Below the pieces are notes generated by a model. It searched no databases and was not told the origin of the DNA. It saw only the letters and a list, made by a program, of their open reading frames with translations. The translations under genes and the position numbers were made by a program. Below, in pieces: positions 1 through 15,868 of a stretch of 64,000 nt of DNA (position 1 is its first letter; each line of letters begins with the position of its first letter). This DNA comes from Eledone cirrhosa. Taxonomy: Eukaryota. The stretch is taken from contig OZ024743.1 in assembly GCA_964016885.1 (NCBI GenBank), positions 268,212,001 through 268,276,000 of the forward strand, given 5' to 3'.

Positions 1-2799
1 CACGGCGACGGCGGCAACAGAAAAAAAACCACGCTTCCATGAAAATTAAACTAACCACAATAGTAGTCCGTTGAAACAAGGAGGTGAAAATGGGATAGAA
101 ACATGGATGAGTATTTATATATATAAAAACATTCCCAGTTAATACAATCCTCCTCTATCACTGGAAGGCACAAGGCCAGCAATGATCATAGCATTCAGTC
201 CCAACCACAGTGGCAACAATACTATCAAAAGGGCTGTTAGGCCATGGAAGAGATTTACGGGAAGCGAAAGTAGGAACAGGAACAAATAGTCCTCTCCTTA
301 TTTAAGGTTTCATCATATCTGACTTTCACATCCAGTCCAGAATAGCTACAGTTTTCACTTCATTGCGGAGGTTGTCTCGTCGCGCTGTCCATTTTCTGAT
401 TTTCAGAAGAGGGCATACATTTTAGTTTTATTTTCAACAACACACATTTCGTCGTATCAAATTTCACTCTAAAGTCTAAAGAAAATTGGTTAATGACGTA
501 TAATTGGCTTTATGGTCATCAACAAAAAAAGATCGAAGATTCTTCTGGCTCCACTCTATGACACATATGTTTGGTGAGTAAGTATGATATGACCGTGGGT
601 TAAATGAGAGGACGAAGAGCAGCATTGGCAAGCTATCATCATAAAATATGCATTTTTGGTTAAGAAAGAAATCAGACTAAGAGTGGTTGCGGGACTTGGA
701 CAAATGTAAAGACTTCGTAATCAAGTAATCCAGGCGCACAACATTAAGCTTATGCGATTCCTTTCTGTTTTCTCATAGACCGTTTTGCTAATTAGTAGCT
801 GCTCTATACTGTCCACATCTACCTCTTTTCCTCAGCTTGTTCAGGCATTATAATGTTGTCGGTTGTACAATGATCCAGATGGAGGTATCTAGTGTATAAC
901 TTTGCATTATGTTTTACCCTTTTGTTAAGTGGTAAATTTTAGCAAGGGTAGTTTGGCTATTCTGGCGTATAAGGAGAGTAGTAATTTTCAGACAAAATGT
1001 TGATGTATGATTTTGGTAGAGAAGGAATATGTTTCATTGTAAATTTCACTGTCATCAAAATTACCAAATTCAATGTTGTCGCAGGAATAACTAGCAATAA
1101 CATTCCCAGCAGCAACAACAGCAACATAACTAACAGTTAAGCAAGAAAAGGATAGAAGCTAGTTTTTAGGTGCAGCAAAAATAGTTGCTGATCGATATAC
1201 CATGTATTTATTTCATCATTAGCTAGTAATAGAACCTACGCACGAAATAGTTTTAAAAAATAATATATATTTGTATATATCTAATTATATAAAATATATT
1301 GTTTTCCCTTGCAATAATGTGGTTTGTATTAACTTTTTTGTTGTGATTAGTATATATTCTTTTAATTTATCGATGTTTTTTTTTTATATCTGCCTTGCTT
1401 GTTTTCACCCTGTTTATCAAAATTGGACACTGATGGGTGTTGGGAGAATGGAAAATTACTAAATGTGTCTTAAGATGTGATATTCTCCACCGTATTTGTA
1501 TTCAGCACAATGTCTTTATAAAAGTTATTGTAGCTGATATTTTAAAGTAAATCTATTTGTTAACGTAATACAAAAATCTAGAAATAAAATATCTTTATTG
1601 TTACAGATGTTTTCCCATCTTATAGAAATTGATATGCTCTTTTATACTTTTTTGAATGAACATATTATTTGTAATTCCTTTATTCTTTTATCTCTAAATG
1701 TTTACAGACATTAAACAGCACTCTTCTATAACATTTGTAGCCCGGAGGGACTGAACCTGAATTCATGTGGTTGCGAAGCGATTTCCTGCACCTGTGACTA
1801 CACTATTTCGCTATATTTTGTTTAAATGATGGTTGTCTTGAATGGTATCAGTCCGATTCGCATTTAATTGATGTAGGATTTGATAATATGATTGCTACTT
1901 TGTTATGATTGTACTCTTCATCCCTAGAATGGAATAAAACATTCAAATAATACATTCAAATATATCTTACAAATGATTGTCATTTGAATTTTTGTTTTGA
2001 CTGTTTTGTAATGGAGGCGAAATTAGTACAGAGGATCCTTTTCAGAGCCTACAAAACAGTTTGAAGACAGGAAGGACGGAACGAAAATATACACAAACAA
2101 GAGATGTAGACCAAATTGGACAAAGCTAAAGAGCCAGTTGGCTGTTTTAGAACGGGTGCCAGACCAAATCTACTATTCATTCCAATTAAGTTTCACGAGT
2201 AGGTTTCATGTTCAATATATGATAACATGATAGACGTATATATCTCGCGATGTAGGTACGTTATTGACGGCGTATGAGCTGATTTGGAGCGTTAAAGATT
2301 TAAGGTTATTTTTCTTATTGATACTTACCATCAGAAACTCCTAGTTGAAAACACTTATTATCCCAGGCCTTCCAAGCGTGAGCATGCCTTCTTATATTCA
2401 AACATAGTGTATAGAAATTTCTAAATATGCTTTAAGGGAAGTTTGACCCTTGAGTTCAGCGAAGATGACCCTGGAGTTCTGTATCTTTTGTTTGTACTTT
2501 TACTTTCAAAAAATATTTTCTTGTGGTTTCCCTTTTAAAAAAATGTTTTTTGTTTTGCCTTGTTTTTTGTTTTATCTTTGTATCATTTTTACGATCGGGG
2601 AAAACAACGTGTACGAATTCTGAAGAAACAAATCAAAACAACCTGAGTTATCACCCTTTTTTTAACGCGGGTATGAATGTAATTAGCGCTTGTGGCCCGC
2701 CTGCTGATGAGCCATATCTCATGTGCCTGCTTCTCAAAAAAGGTTGCCCTTGCCTGCCTTAGAGCATCAGAAAATGTGTAGCTGTATTTTGGGGTGTTG

Positions 2800-2948
2800 T
2801 TTACGTTCTAAGTTCAAATCACGCCAAGGTCAATTTTACCTTTCATCTTTCTGCAGTCTATGAAATATAGGACCAGTTAAATATTGGATTCGTTGTAATC
2901 GACTTCCCTCTGCCCCAAATTACTGGCATTAGAAAGAATTACTATTAT
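2800..2948 (+). mobile_element. Degenerate copy of the tRNA-derived SINE family seen at 25726
   Basis: AAGTTCAAATC B-box-like motif followed by 'tttacctttcatcttt...' and an 'agaaagaattactatt' end, aligning by eye to the 25726-25920 copy. Confidence 0.55.
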
Positions 2949-3429
2949 GATCATTATCATAAATAGTAACATCCTCATTTCTCAATGCCCTCTGTCATTG
3001 ATACCATTGTTGTTATTATAATTAATATTTTAATATTCACTAATCATATGGTGAATCCGAATTAAAACTGTTATAACTAGATGCCACCATCCAAGGATTC
3101 AATAGATTAATATTATCAAATGAAATATGAATTTATTTTCTATATATTTAAATTGCACGACTTTTCAAAGCATGCTAATGTATCAATTATATATTGTTGA
3201 CCGTTCATCAAAAGATATAAATTGTACCAAGTCTGTTTATTAATTACATTTATTTTTCTTTTATTACAAAGGATGAAACATAAAATCTAAACGATGAAAT
3301 AGTAACAGTTAACAAAACGAAAATAAATTAAGGGAAAGCAAAACTACAACAGACAAGCAAAAAAAACTAAAAACAGTTGTCTATCGCAATTACTAATTAA
3401 GAAGAAGGAAATTATTAAAAAAATATGCT

Positions 3430-4654
<1,225 letters not shown>

Positions 4655-5241
4655 GTTTCTTTATTAGCCACAGGGGCACAAGAGAAGGGGACAAATACAA
4701 AGGGGAAAGTTTACATACAATAAAAACGTGTAAAATATTATCACAAATGCAATTTTAAAAATTAGTCGATTTTCCCCAATAGGGGGAGGCAGTTCATATG
4801 GGTAACACATACCCCCGAAAAAATGTGCAACCCTCATCTCCAGGAGTACGAAGAGTTTGTACTCCTTTCCTCTCCTCCTCCTTTTCCTCAACCTACAGGC
4901 TGATATAGAGAGAAGGCCAATTCACTCGGGCCATTCTCGCCACTTTCACCCACCTTTCATAAAACTTGCTGGGGTACAGCACCTCTCTCTCCCTCCTGAT
5001 TCTTCTTCCAAAGTGGTATTTGAAAAAAAGAATCAGTTGTTGGCCGGAGAGAAAGGTGTCTGACCTCAGTCCTTTCAACCTTGTCCACCATACAACCTCT
5101 TTCGCCATAGCTATCACACAAAGGAAAACCGCCTCCCCTTCGTTTTTGAAGGAGGGTGGGGGTTTGATCATGACAATGGACTCGGTGGTCAACCGGATTG
5201 GTCCCACCCGCGACAATAGTCGTTCTACATAACCCCACAGG
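4655..5241 (-). mobile_element. Tx1/L1-clade LINE, 5'-truncated 3' fragment (copy G) with (ATCT)n tail
   Basis: ORF 4893-5270 contains the ORF2 C-terminus (AMAKEVVWWTRLKG...FFKYHF...RWVKVARMARVN), homologous to 32067-33110; AATAAA precedes the (ATCT)n tail on the minus strand. Confidence 0.85.
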
Positions 5242-5278
5242 TAGATAGATAGAAAGATAGATAGATACATAGATAGAT

Positions 5279-8200
5279 GTTTTTATTTGCCACAAGGGCG
5301 CACAAGAAAAGGGGACAATACAAAGAGATGCCTGGGATTTTACATACAATCGTGTAAAAAAATATAAAAGAAACAATTATAGCAATCGAAATCCCCAATA
5401 GTTGGGAGGCGCCACAAATGGGTTGTTTAATACCCCGTCGATAGAACAACCCTCAACTTCAGGAGCGTGTTGTGCAAGTGCTCCTTCCTTTTGCTCTCTT
5501 CTTCAACCTACAGGTTTATATACAGAGGAGACCCAATCACTCGGGCCATATTTGCCACATTCACCCACCTTTCAGTAAATTTACTGGGGTGCAGTGCCTC
5601 TCTCTCCACTCTGATTCTCCTTCTAAAGTGATACTTAAAGAAGGGAATCAATTGTTGTCCGGAGAGAAAGGCATATGTCCTCAGTCCTGTCAATCTCGTA
5701 CACCGTATAACCTCTTTCACCACAGCCACTATACAGAGAAAAACCGCCTCTCTTTCGTTTTTGAAAGAAGTTGGCGGTTTGATCCTTACTATGGACAGTC
5801 AACTGGATTTGTCCCATACGCGACAGCAATTGTTCCGCGTAGTTCGACAGGTCGGTTACGCCCCGGCAGTGTACAATTGCATGCAGGACGGTTTCAATGT
5901 CCTGCGCGCATCTTGGACACGTCGTCTTCGAAGGATCCCTGCCGGCGTGTCCGTGCCAGTAGATCTTGTCACGAACTGGTAGAGCTCCTCGGTAGCACTG
6001 CCAGACTAGGGACCTCTGGAAGTTGTCCATGGATCCCGGGCGGAATGTCCTACCAAACAGACTGGTGAGTCTTCGACGCCTAGAGTCTCTCCGAGCACGT
6101 CGTCGCCCTTGTGACGTACAAACCCTCTATAGAATGTCGAAGTGGAATCTCCACTGATTGCCATGCCCTCTTGAGAGAGGACTGTGAGCGCCTGAGCGCA
6201 TTCAATGTGCCAGGCGCCCATCTTCTTCGGTCTTCGCTTGACCCAGGACTGCAGCTCCGTCAGCGAGACAAGTTGCGCGAAGGTCTGTCTCACAAACGGT
6301 GCCCACACCGGTTGGGGGTCGGTGAGGAATCCATGTAGATGCCGTAGCCTCAACGCATGCTTGCGCATCATCAGCCACGGCATTCCCAGCCCTCTGTTGG
6401 AGCCTGCTTCTTCCACAGGAACTGGAAGAGCATACGTTCCATCTTGGTGAGGTGTTCACGGGGACAAGGCACGACAATCAAGCGGTAGTAGATTACGGAG
6501 ACTATGAAAGTGTTCCCCACCACCGCTCCACCTTTCAAGGATAGTTTGCACTCTGCCCACTTCTGGGTGAGCGCAAATACCTTGGCCGTGACGTCATTCC
6601 AGTTTTACTCCACCTGGAGGTCTGGACCGAACCAGACCACGAGCAATTTCACCCGATCCGTCCGTCCAGCATTCGACGAGGCTGTCGGACGGCATCCTGT
6701 TTGCCTCTCCACGTTCCGAGTTGCAAACCGACAGACTTGTCCGGGTTCAGTTTTGCTCCTGTGAGCCTTTCATATTCCTGAAGTAAGTTGCCGATCGCCC
6801 CGATTTCGGAGGCTTCCGACACCATTACCGTCACGTCGTCGGCAAAAGCCGACGCCGCTTTCAGCAGTCCCGGTTCCAACGGAATGCCCTGCAGCAGCTC
6901 TAGCTTCCGCAGTAGTGGCTCTAGAGTCAGTACGTACAGAATGGAGGAGAGAGGGCATCCCTGTCAGATGGAACGAGTGATTGCGAACGGCTCAGATAGG
7001 TAGCCGTTCACATTGACAATCGAGCAGATGTTGGTGTGCATTAGGCGATCCAGACTCCGAAGACGAGTCCGAAACCGACCGCCTTGAGAACCGCTTCCAA
7101 GTATCGATGGTCGACCCTATCGAAAGCCTTAGACTGATCTAAATTGATCAGAGCCCCACCAAAGCCGGGTTTACACCCACCCTCTCTATGATGTATCGCA
7201 TGAGGTGGAGGTTGTCGTGTATGGAACTGGTCGACATAGCACACGTTTGCACCTTCCCTACCAGGTTCTCGACGACAAGCGCCAACCTCGTTGCCAACAC
7301 CTTGGCCAAAATCTTTAACACTCTGTTGAGCAGAGTTATGGGCCTGAAGTTCCTTAGTTCATCTTCCTTGTTCTCGTCTTTCTTGATCAGCATTACTACG
7401 CCTCTGCCTGCAGAACTGGGAATTCTCCTGTTCTGTTGCCAGTTGCAGTAGACGGCCTCGAGGACGCCAGAGAACAAGTCCGGCATGCCTATGTAAAACT
7501 CATACGGTAGACCATCTAGACCGAATTATTTGCGTTTCCCGCAGTGGCTGTGATCGGTCTTTCGCAGAACTCGGCGTTCATGCTCGAGAGACGCGGCAAG
7601 CTGTCGAGGTATGAACCGAAGGCCATTGCCCGTTCGACGCACCGCCACTCTGCCCGAACAGTTGCGCAAAGTGCCGCTGAAAGGCCGCGCAAAGTGCCAC
7701 TGATAGGCCGCGCACATCGCTTGGGGTCAAGTAGCACGCGTCCGTTTTGGTCTTTCAAAACAGAATCGTGGACTTGTTGCCACTCGGGCCCAGCTAACAG
7801 CTTTCGCTGCCTCGTTTCCTAGAGCACGTGATTTACTTCTGACCCCGCAGCCTTCGTATTTCGCGTCGAAGAACTGGTTCAGTGCCGTTCTCGTTGCTAA
7901 AACTCTAGCTACGTTGCCACTCCTAAGCGCCTCGTCTACCTTGGTTACTATTTCCCTTTCTGTTTTGTTTCTCTCTAAGGTTAACTCTCTGCTAAAGTCT
8001 ATCGACTCTAATTGCTTTCATGAGGGAGTACCACCATCTGTTGTTGACGATGGCTCCCGTCAATTGTTACTTAACTAATCTACTTATCCGTTCAGTGTAG
8101 TCTTTACATGTCGGTAGCGACACGTTCAGCTTCCAGTATCCGGGTCCTTGCCTGTGTATTCTATCACGGTTGACTATGCAGAGGACTAGTTTGTGATCTG

Positions 8201-8810
8201 AATAGGCAACCATGTGATTTTGTGGACAGCTTAACATCTTCTTGTCCTTCTCTCTAATGAAAAACCTATCTAAATATGATATATATGTCCCGCTGCGGTT
8301 TGCCCACGTCAACTGTGGTGCAGTCGGGAAATCTAGTCGATAGCTCTCGGCCAGTTGGAATTGGACGATTAGATTTTTGAGGCTGTTGCACCCCCTCTAC
8401 TGGGACAGGCTCCCACAGAGTCCCATCGTGCATCTATGATATCATTCCAGTATCCCCACTTAAAGTAAGGAGCGAGACGTTCCCAGAAAAGACTCTAGAC
8501 GCTTAAATAAGTCTGGCCGCGATTGCGATTGCCCGGTCGGGGCATAAGCGGCCACCAATCTGAAGGCTCCACCTTCAATACTGTTCACGTCTAGGACTAC
8601 CAGTCTATCCTGCGGGTCCAGGTGTACTTGCTGTATTTCGACGTCCAGGTTTTTCTGAAACATGACAGCCACTCCCCCTCCACTTCCTGGCTGACAGAGA
8701 GATGCGTAGATATCAAAGTCATTGAAGATGTGGGTTAGTTGCTGCTTGTTGTGGATCCTGGACTCGGTGGTGGCTATCACATCCATACCGTGTGACCTAA
8801 GGTCGTGTAA
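5279..8810 (-). mobile_element. Tx1/L1-clade LINE, degenerate ORF2 (APE-RT-zinc finger), 5'-truncated (copy H) with (ATCT)n tail at 5242-5278
   Basis: Fragmented ORFs: APE (SYLDRFF, YSDHKLV, GPGYWKLN), RT (NFRPITLLN, LDQSKAFDRVDH, AFADDVTV), C-terminal CPRC...ETVLHAIVHC; many frameshifts. Confidence 0.92.
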
Positions 8811-9478
8811 ATTTTCTATTTTCATTTCTTCTAGTTTTCTCTCCTTCATCCATCTTAATTTCTTATTGAAATGTCTATTGCATTCGTTTTGAGCATATTT
8901 TGTTTCATGTCAAATGATGCTTATTTATCTCGTTTGGTGTGGTGAGATTTTGAATTCGTTAACGTTAACGCGTTTCTGTTTGCAAAGTTCGTTAACACGA
9001 TTTTATTCTAAAAAAACCTCGCATAACAAATTCATCGCCGTCAAGGCATTAGCTTCTGCCAAGCTGAAATGTTATTGAAAGTCACTGTTTTCTGTTATAT
9101 AAAACCGACAATAACAACAGGACAAATGCGCTTCTTGAAACATTGTGTTTCCTTCATAATATACACGACAAACATATCAAAACAAGTAAATAATTTATTA
9201 TTAAACAAAACACATTAACAGTCTAAAACACATATTAACGACTAAAACACATATTAACAGTCAATATGAAAAGAATAACATATACAAAAGTTAACGAACT
9301 TTAGACTTAGACATACCTATGATACCGAATACCTAGAGAGCTTAGCCGTTTCTGCCCCAGTATACCCATAAGATGTAGACCCCCATCATAACCTCAATGG
9401 CAAAAAAGACTCCAATGGGAAAGTGAATTGGGTGGACCAAAGCCATACGAACCCCCAAAACAATAATCAGGTAAGAAA

Positions 9479-11010
9479 ATGGTCGCGCATGCAATAGGGG
9501 CTAGTATGAAAACTAACCTAAAGGGCCACATATACAAATTCAACGAAAAGATCTACACCCATAATGAGGGAGCAGCCATTGGCGTCAGAATAGCTGCTGA
9601 TGTTGCCAAACTTTTTATGGTATGGTGGGAAAGGAGACTCAAAGATCTCCTTGAAGTGAGCTCCATAGACCTCATCATGTACTCTCGTTACGTAGACGAT
9701 ATTAAAATAGTAATAAGGACGCCCCCACAAGAGAGTACTAACAAGTATGATTTAGAATGTAGCACAATGGAAAGCGTCCAGCAGATAGCTAACTCCATAC
9801 ACCAGAGTATAACTGTAACTATCGACTACCCTTCCAAATACCCTAACAATAGACTACCTGTATTAGATAAGGAACTCTGGATTAACACTATAGACGAGAG
9901 GGCCCAAATTCTCCACTCACACTACGCTAAACCCATGGCCTCCAAATACCTGATATTCAAAAAGTCAGCCATGTCCCGTAGTCCTAAGTTTAATATTCTG
10001 ATCGCAGACTAGGTAAGAGTGATGAAGAACGTGTCCCACATGTGCGACCCAAAAGAAATGGAAAGACACATCCAACACTTCATCAGCCCCATGTAGTTCT
10101 CTGGCTACAACCAAAGAGACAGAATCAGAGTATACGAAGAAGTCACGGAGAAGTATAAGACGCTCATAGAACTGGACATGAAAGGAATTTGCCAATTATA
10201 CAGGAGTAAATGATGGAATAGCTTAGATAGGACAAAAACATAAGATAGGTAAAGCCACCTTATGGTACGACAACCAGAGATACCAGAGTGTCATGTTCGT
10301 GGACGCCTACCCTGGAGGGAAATTAGCTAATCAGTGTAGAAAGGCCTTGAGAAAGACCCACTTAAAGATAAAAGTGGTAGAAAAGCGAGGAACTAGCATA
10401 AAATCTCTGATCAGCAAAACATACCCTTTTAAGAAAACCCACTGTACTAATAGGAAATGTATTATATGTAAAGTAAACCTCCAGTTAAACTGTAAAACTA
10501 GAAACATAATATATAACATAAAATGTACAGAGGGTACTTGCAGAAACATGACAACAACGTACATACATAGGCGAGACAGCTCGTAGCATAGGAGAAAGGA
10601 TAGACCAACACTGGGGGAATCTAAAAGGACGAAAAAACGGTTCAGTACTATACGAACACACCAGACAACAACATGACGGTAACATAGACAACATAGAAAT
10701 TAAAATAATATCTAAACATAGAAATGACCCAGCAGATAGGTAAATCAGAGAGGCAAGTGAAATAGAGCTAAGAACGCCAAAGCTAAACAGAATAAATACA
10801 ATAACCAAAACAGTCACCCAAACGCGAACACACACCAAACACTATACACACACGTAAACGCCAGCGCAGCAAACAAGACAAAAATAAATAAATAAATAAA
10901 TAAACAGATAAAATAAAAATTGCGTAGACATACAATACATCAGGAGGAACATAATAGTACCCCTGATGATGTTGCAGATGTGCAACGAAAGAACTTTATT
11001 AGACTATATA
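9479..11010 (+). mobile_element. Degenerate Penelope-like element (RT + GIY-YIG pseudogene and 3' UTR)
   Basis: RT motifs EGAAIG, YSRYVDD and LPVLD; Cys-rich linker and NIIYNIKC..TC..YIG-like nuclease segment; stops and frameshifts; hammerhead core downstream. Confidence 0.85.
10954..11008 (+). ncRNA. Minimal type I hammerhead ribozyme (degenerate stems I/III) in the PLE 3' UTR
   Basis: CTGATGA (10963-69), helix II GTTGCA/TGCAAC, GAAA (10987-90). Confidence 0.65.
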
Positions 11011-11177
11011 TATATGTGTTTATATCTAATATTATATCTGTATTTTTGACCGTTGGTCAGTCAATGGTAAACATTGAGGACCGAATGAATTAACTGATAT
11101 AAAAGATACAGAAGCGAAAACCAACCAAACAGTGAGTGTTTTCTGTCAATATTATTACAAAAATACGGTCCTTGTCA

Positions 11178-11298
11178 TTCTGAGATCAAATCCCGCCGAG
11201 GTTAACTTTGCCTTTCATCCTTACGGGGTCGATAAAATAAAGTACCAGTAATGCACTGGGTAATTGCTGGCCTTGTGCCAAAAGTAGAAATAATTATT
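11178..11298 (+). mobile_element. tRNA-derived SINE, 3' part
   Basis: Near-identical to 25800-25920; ends TGGC-CTTGT-GCCA-AAAGTAGAAATAATTATT. Confidence 0.85.
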
Positions 11299-11380
11299 AC
11301 AACAATATGACCTCCCCAAGTATAAAAATATATCTCTATATATATATATTTATATATATATATATATATACATATATATA

Positions 11381-12400
11381 TACTAGCAGCAGTACCCAGC
11401 GTTGCCTGAGTGGGTAAAATAATATCTGATTTGTTGAAAAGGTGTTGATCTTAGCGACTGCTTCTCGATGACTCATATATGGCAACACACAGGCCATGCG
11501 ACGGAGGGTGGTGATGACCTCTATCACTGAGAAACGCAGTTGACTGACGAAGAGGCATGCTGGGTGAGGGAGGTAATGACCTCTAACACTCAGCCAAATT
11601 TCCTCACGCTACTTGATTGGAAACCGATGAATTCTCAAATACACAACTAAAAGCTCAGACGACGTCAGTTGCCATCGTTTTGCCTTTATCCATCTATAAG
11701 ATGTGCAATGATTCTATATATAAGATGTGCAAATAGATTCTATTGTAGTATAACAGTTGAACCAAATAAATTGATTTATGTGTGAGGTGGAGCCGAAGTT
11801 TCGAATTTGAACGAAGTCGGTTGAAAAATGTGGGAGCGAGAGCCGAAAAGGCGGAAATTTGAGCGAAAAGGTGGTATTTTCGAATATTTAAGCGGTTGCC
11901 ACGCCGTTCCTGAACAAAAAATCCTAAATGTAAAGCCAGTTTAAGACGTGGAATAATCAAATCTAGCGTAGTGTAAAATTTGAACAAAGTAGGTCGATTA
12001 ATGTGGGAGCTAAAGCCGAAAAAGTGGAAATTTGAGTCTAAAAGTTTTATGTTTGAATATTTAAACGGCTGCCACGCCGTCCCTGAACAACAAATGCAAA
12101 ATATAACGACATTACAAGATGTGCGATGATAAATTTTATTTTGCTTTAAAATTTGAACGAAATATGTAGCAAAATGTGGGAGTTAGAGCCAAAAATCTCA
12201 TTTTTCGATACCTTAAAAAATGTGATTTTTATCTGCAGAATAACCCCGAAAGAAAAAAAGGACGATACGCTGATACATAGAAAACATACCCCGGTGACTA
12301 ATCTATGAGCCTGTAAAGTTTCATGAAAATCGGTCGTAAGATGTAGACCCCGTATAGGTAATACATAGACGCACGTACTTACTTTTATATATATACAGAT
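11381..12400 (+). mobile_element. Probable non-autonomous Helitron-like element with ~175-bp internal subrepeats, inserted in (TA)n
   Basis: Start TACTAGCAGCAGTACCCAGCGTTGCCTGAG and end AAAGTTTCATGAAAATCGG...CTTTTATATATATA resemble Lep1-type non-autonomous Helitrons; the repeat 'atttgaac.aa...atgtgggag..a.agcc.aaa' occurs at ~11805, ~11978 and ~12151. Confidence 0.5.
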
Positions 12401-12436
12401 ATATATACATATATAGATATATATACATATATATAA

Positions 12437-12519
<83 letters not shown>

Positions 12520-12521
<2 letters not shown>

Positions 12522-13268
12522 AATACATTATCGGAGAACGCTAATAACGATACTCAGCCCAAATCCCAACTCACTCAACAAACATTACGAAATAAGTGAG
12601 TATATTCCTAATTAAACGTTGGGTGTGCTAACTAATTGTATTGTGTGGAAAATTGGCTGTATTATTTCATATGATATGGACGTCTCGTTTCATTATAAGA
12701 TTCCTACAATTTGGGTGAAATTATACCAATTTATGTAGAAGCTTGTATAAGATCAACAGATACTTATTCAAGTGGGCTCTTATAATTCTTCAGTGGGTGT
12801 CCAATAATACTAATATTGATAATCAAATCAACATTAGTATTTAGCGATAATCACCATCAGTGCTTGAGGTAGCTGCCAGGTTGCCAGTCCAGCAGTTCTA
12901 AAGAAAATCTCAAACTGATTCAAAAATGATGAAGAAGCTTACCGCCAAAAAAAACAATACATGAGCAGGACAATGAATTCTAAAAGGAATTCAAGCCACG
13001 TGCTAGAACTCAATTGGAATTTGAAAAAATATACATATGTGTACATCATTTGATGACACACATAGATATTTTCTCGGGCAAAATAACAGAATGAGATACA
13101 AGAAACAATCAATATTCATATATAAAAATAAACAAAGAGAGTCAAACCTTATATCGGGAAGTTCATATCTGTTGCTCCAAGAGTAAATATATAAATACAT
13201 TATCGGAGAACGCTAATAGCGATACTCCGGCTAAATTCCAGCTCACTCAACAAACATTAGGAAATAAT
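12520..13268. repeat. ~670-bp interspersed element with a ~75-bp terminal direct repeat, flanked by (TA)n; second copy at ~23112-23390
   Basis: 'aaatacattatcggagaacgctaata.cgatactc' at 12521 and 13193; the same sequence and its continuation recur from 23112. Confidence 0.75.
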
Positions 13269-13470
13269 GTATATGTATATATATATATATATATATAAAT
13301 ATATATATATTCTTTTTTTTTTCAGTGTGGTATACCTCTGGTGGTAGGGTCCGTACCGCATATATGTCAATAAATATATCGTAAAACAATATGTATAGAA
13401 TTTAATACCTATATATATATATATATTAAAATACAAATATTAATAAAATAGATGCTCTTTTGATCAATTA

Positions 13471-13530
13471 CATTTTATTATACATATTTCGGATGTACAA
13501 CAGTGCGTCCTCATCAGACAAAATATAATG
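13471..13530 (-). ncRNA. Degenerate type I hammerhead ribozyme, probably at a PLE 3' end
   Basis: Minus strand reads CTGATGA-GGACGCAC-TGTT-GTACATCC-GAAA; helix II has two A-C mismatches; a weak LEAL-like GIY-YIG tail remnant lies at ~13660-13760. Confidence 0.5.
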
Positions 13531-13783
13531 ATACATGACATACCCTGAGATGTTAAATGTTTAAGATTTAATCAAGGTAGTGATTAACCTAAGAGAAAGT
13601 TTAACATTTATACCCTAATAATGAGAAAATGTGAAAACGTAATAAATTCAATAGAGATGACTCATAAATTCAATAACTCTGGCAAATTATTCTTCATAGA
13701 GTGCTTCCAATCTACTGTAAAATTCATTCTTTGATATACCCATTGAATCTTGTTTAACTCTTTAATATATATATATATAGGAA

Positions 13784-13953
13784 CGTTTCGACGGCTAATT
13801 CTGGACTAAAATTTAGTCCAGAATTAGCCGTCGAAACGGCTTGAGCTCAGCCGTCGGGGTCCTACTCGTTTCTATTACCCACTCTAAAACCTTAAGTATT
13901 GAGTACTTTGGTGCGTTATGGTCCACCTGGTTCCTTACCACATTTCCTTCGTT
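13784..13953 (+). repeat. Fold-back element: perfect 27-bp inverted repeat followed by a family-specific body
   Basis: CGTTTCGACGGCTAATTCTGGACTAAA-A-TTTAGTCCAGAATTAGCCGTCGAAACG; body 'gagctcagccgtcgg...ggtccacctggtt.cttaccaca' shared with 15869-16065. Confidence 0.85.
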
Positions 13954-14260
13954 ATATATATATATATATATATACACAGAGATATCCGCTGTAAGTTGTG
14001 CGGTCTAGTCTGCATGAAGAACTCAATGTAATCGTTATGTTGAAAATGTTGTAGGTTAAAATAGCTGGTTATATGCATGTAAGTAAATATTCGCTTTAAC
14101 AGATATTGTTTAACTAACCTTACATAGATCGATATCGAAGTATAGTTACGATGTATTATCATCACCTCGAAACTTATATATATATATAAGTTAAAACAAT
14201 GAAATAAAAAATCAAGTCATTAGAAATATACTTCACTGCTTTACGATCGTTTCTAGGTGA

Positions 14261-14336
<76 letters not shown>

Positions 14337-14453
14337 TTAAAACAATGAAATAAAAAATCAAGTCATTAGAAATATACTTCACTGCTTTATGATCGTTTCT
14401 AGGTGATGATAATACATCGTAACTATACTTCAATATCGATCTATGTATATATG

Positions 14454-14599
<146 letters not shown>

Positions 14600-14910
14600 T
14601 GGAGATATAGAGTATATATTTAGATTTATATATGCAGATTTAGTGTATATAGACATGCATGTAAACAAGTCAAATATACGTATTTCTAAATAAATCGAAA
14701 CAAAATGATATATTGAATGATCTTTAGATCAATTTGGCTTTCGTATCAGATTATATGTATATTATCTAATCAACCACATGAGGCATATATATCAACCTCG
14801 AGGGGCATATATATATATATATAGTAATAATAATAAATTTGAAGACTAAAATCCAAAGAGGGCTCGATACGGAAAAATATATATCAAATATATAAGAATC
14901 TGTTATTTTA

Positions 14911-14991
<81 letters not shown>

Positions 14992-15192
14992 TTCATGCAT
15001 GCATTTGTGCATACGAAGATATATTCATACATAGATATAAATACATGTGCATACATTCATTGATGCATACACACATATATCCTCACATGCGTTCATGCTT
15101 TCTTATAGCCCTACATTCATACATACATGCACATATATACATTCATACAAATACCCATACATATATACATACATTCCTGCGTACCTCTGTTT

Positions 15193-15234
<42 letters not shown>

Positions 15235-15868
15235 TGTGTGTGTGTGGAGTGCGTGTGTGTGTAGTGTTTGTGTGTGTGTGTGTGTGTGTGTATGTGTGTG
15301 TGTGTGAATGTGTGTGTGTGTGTGTGCCTCTGTCTGTCTGTATGTGTGCATGTGTGTGTGTGTGTGTGTGCCTGTATCTAAGCGTGTGCGCCGATATATC
15401 TCTGATTCAAATATATAATCCCCCATAATACCACTGCAATCCCCAAAATACGATAGTTGAACACACAGATCAATTTGTCTTTGTCATTGATTGTTATCAT
15501 TTTGTTCGATTATAATCACTGTTCAATCGATTATTTCGTTCTTTCCTCCTTTTACATTTTCGCCCTCGCCATTTCTCTTCTCTCTTTCTTTTTCTATCTC
15601 CCTATTTCTACCTTTTCTCTCCTTTTCTCTCCATATTTCTTTCCCTTTATCTCCCTTTCTCTTCCTTTCTCTCCCTTTCTTTCACTCGCTCGCTTTCCTT
15701 GTCACTCTGTCTCGCATTTTATCCTCGTCTCCATATTTCTTTTACTGCTATTGTTTATTTCCCGTCATGTCTTCTCTAACTTTCGGAACACACCATATTC
15801 TCTTACTTAATTTTCTGCACAGACATAGCACTCAGTTACACGCACATACCAATCCCTATATATATATT

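Noticed and set aside
1-2800. Short ORFs and possible splice sites (e.g. ~836-884, ~2257-2305)
   Set aside because: No recognisable protein motif; cannot support a host gene from the sequence alone
9479-10850. Possible selenocysteine recoding in the interrupted PLE ORF
   Set aside because: Interruptions are mostly TAG/TAA and frameshifts, consistent with decay
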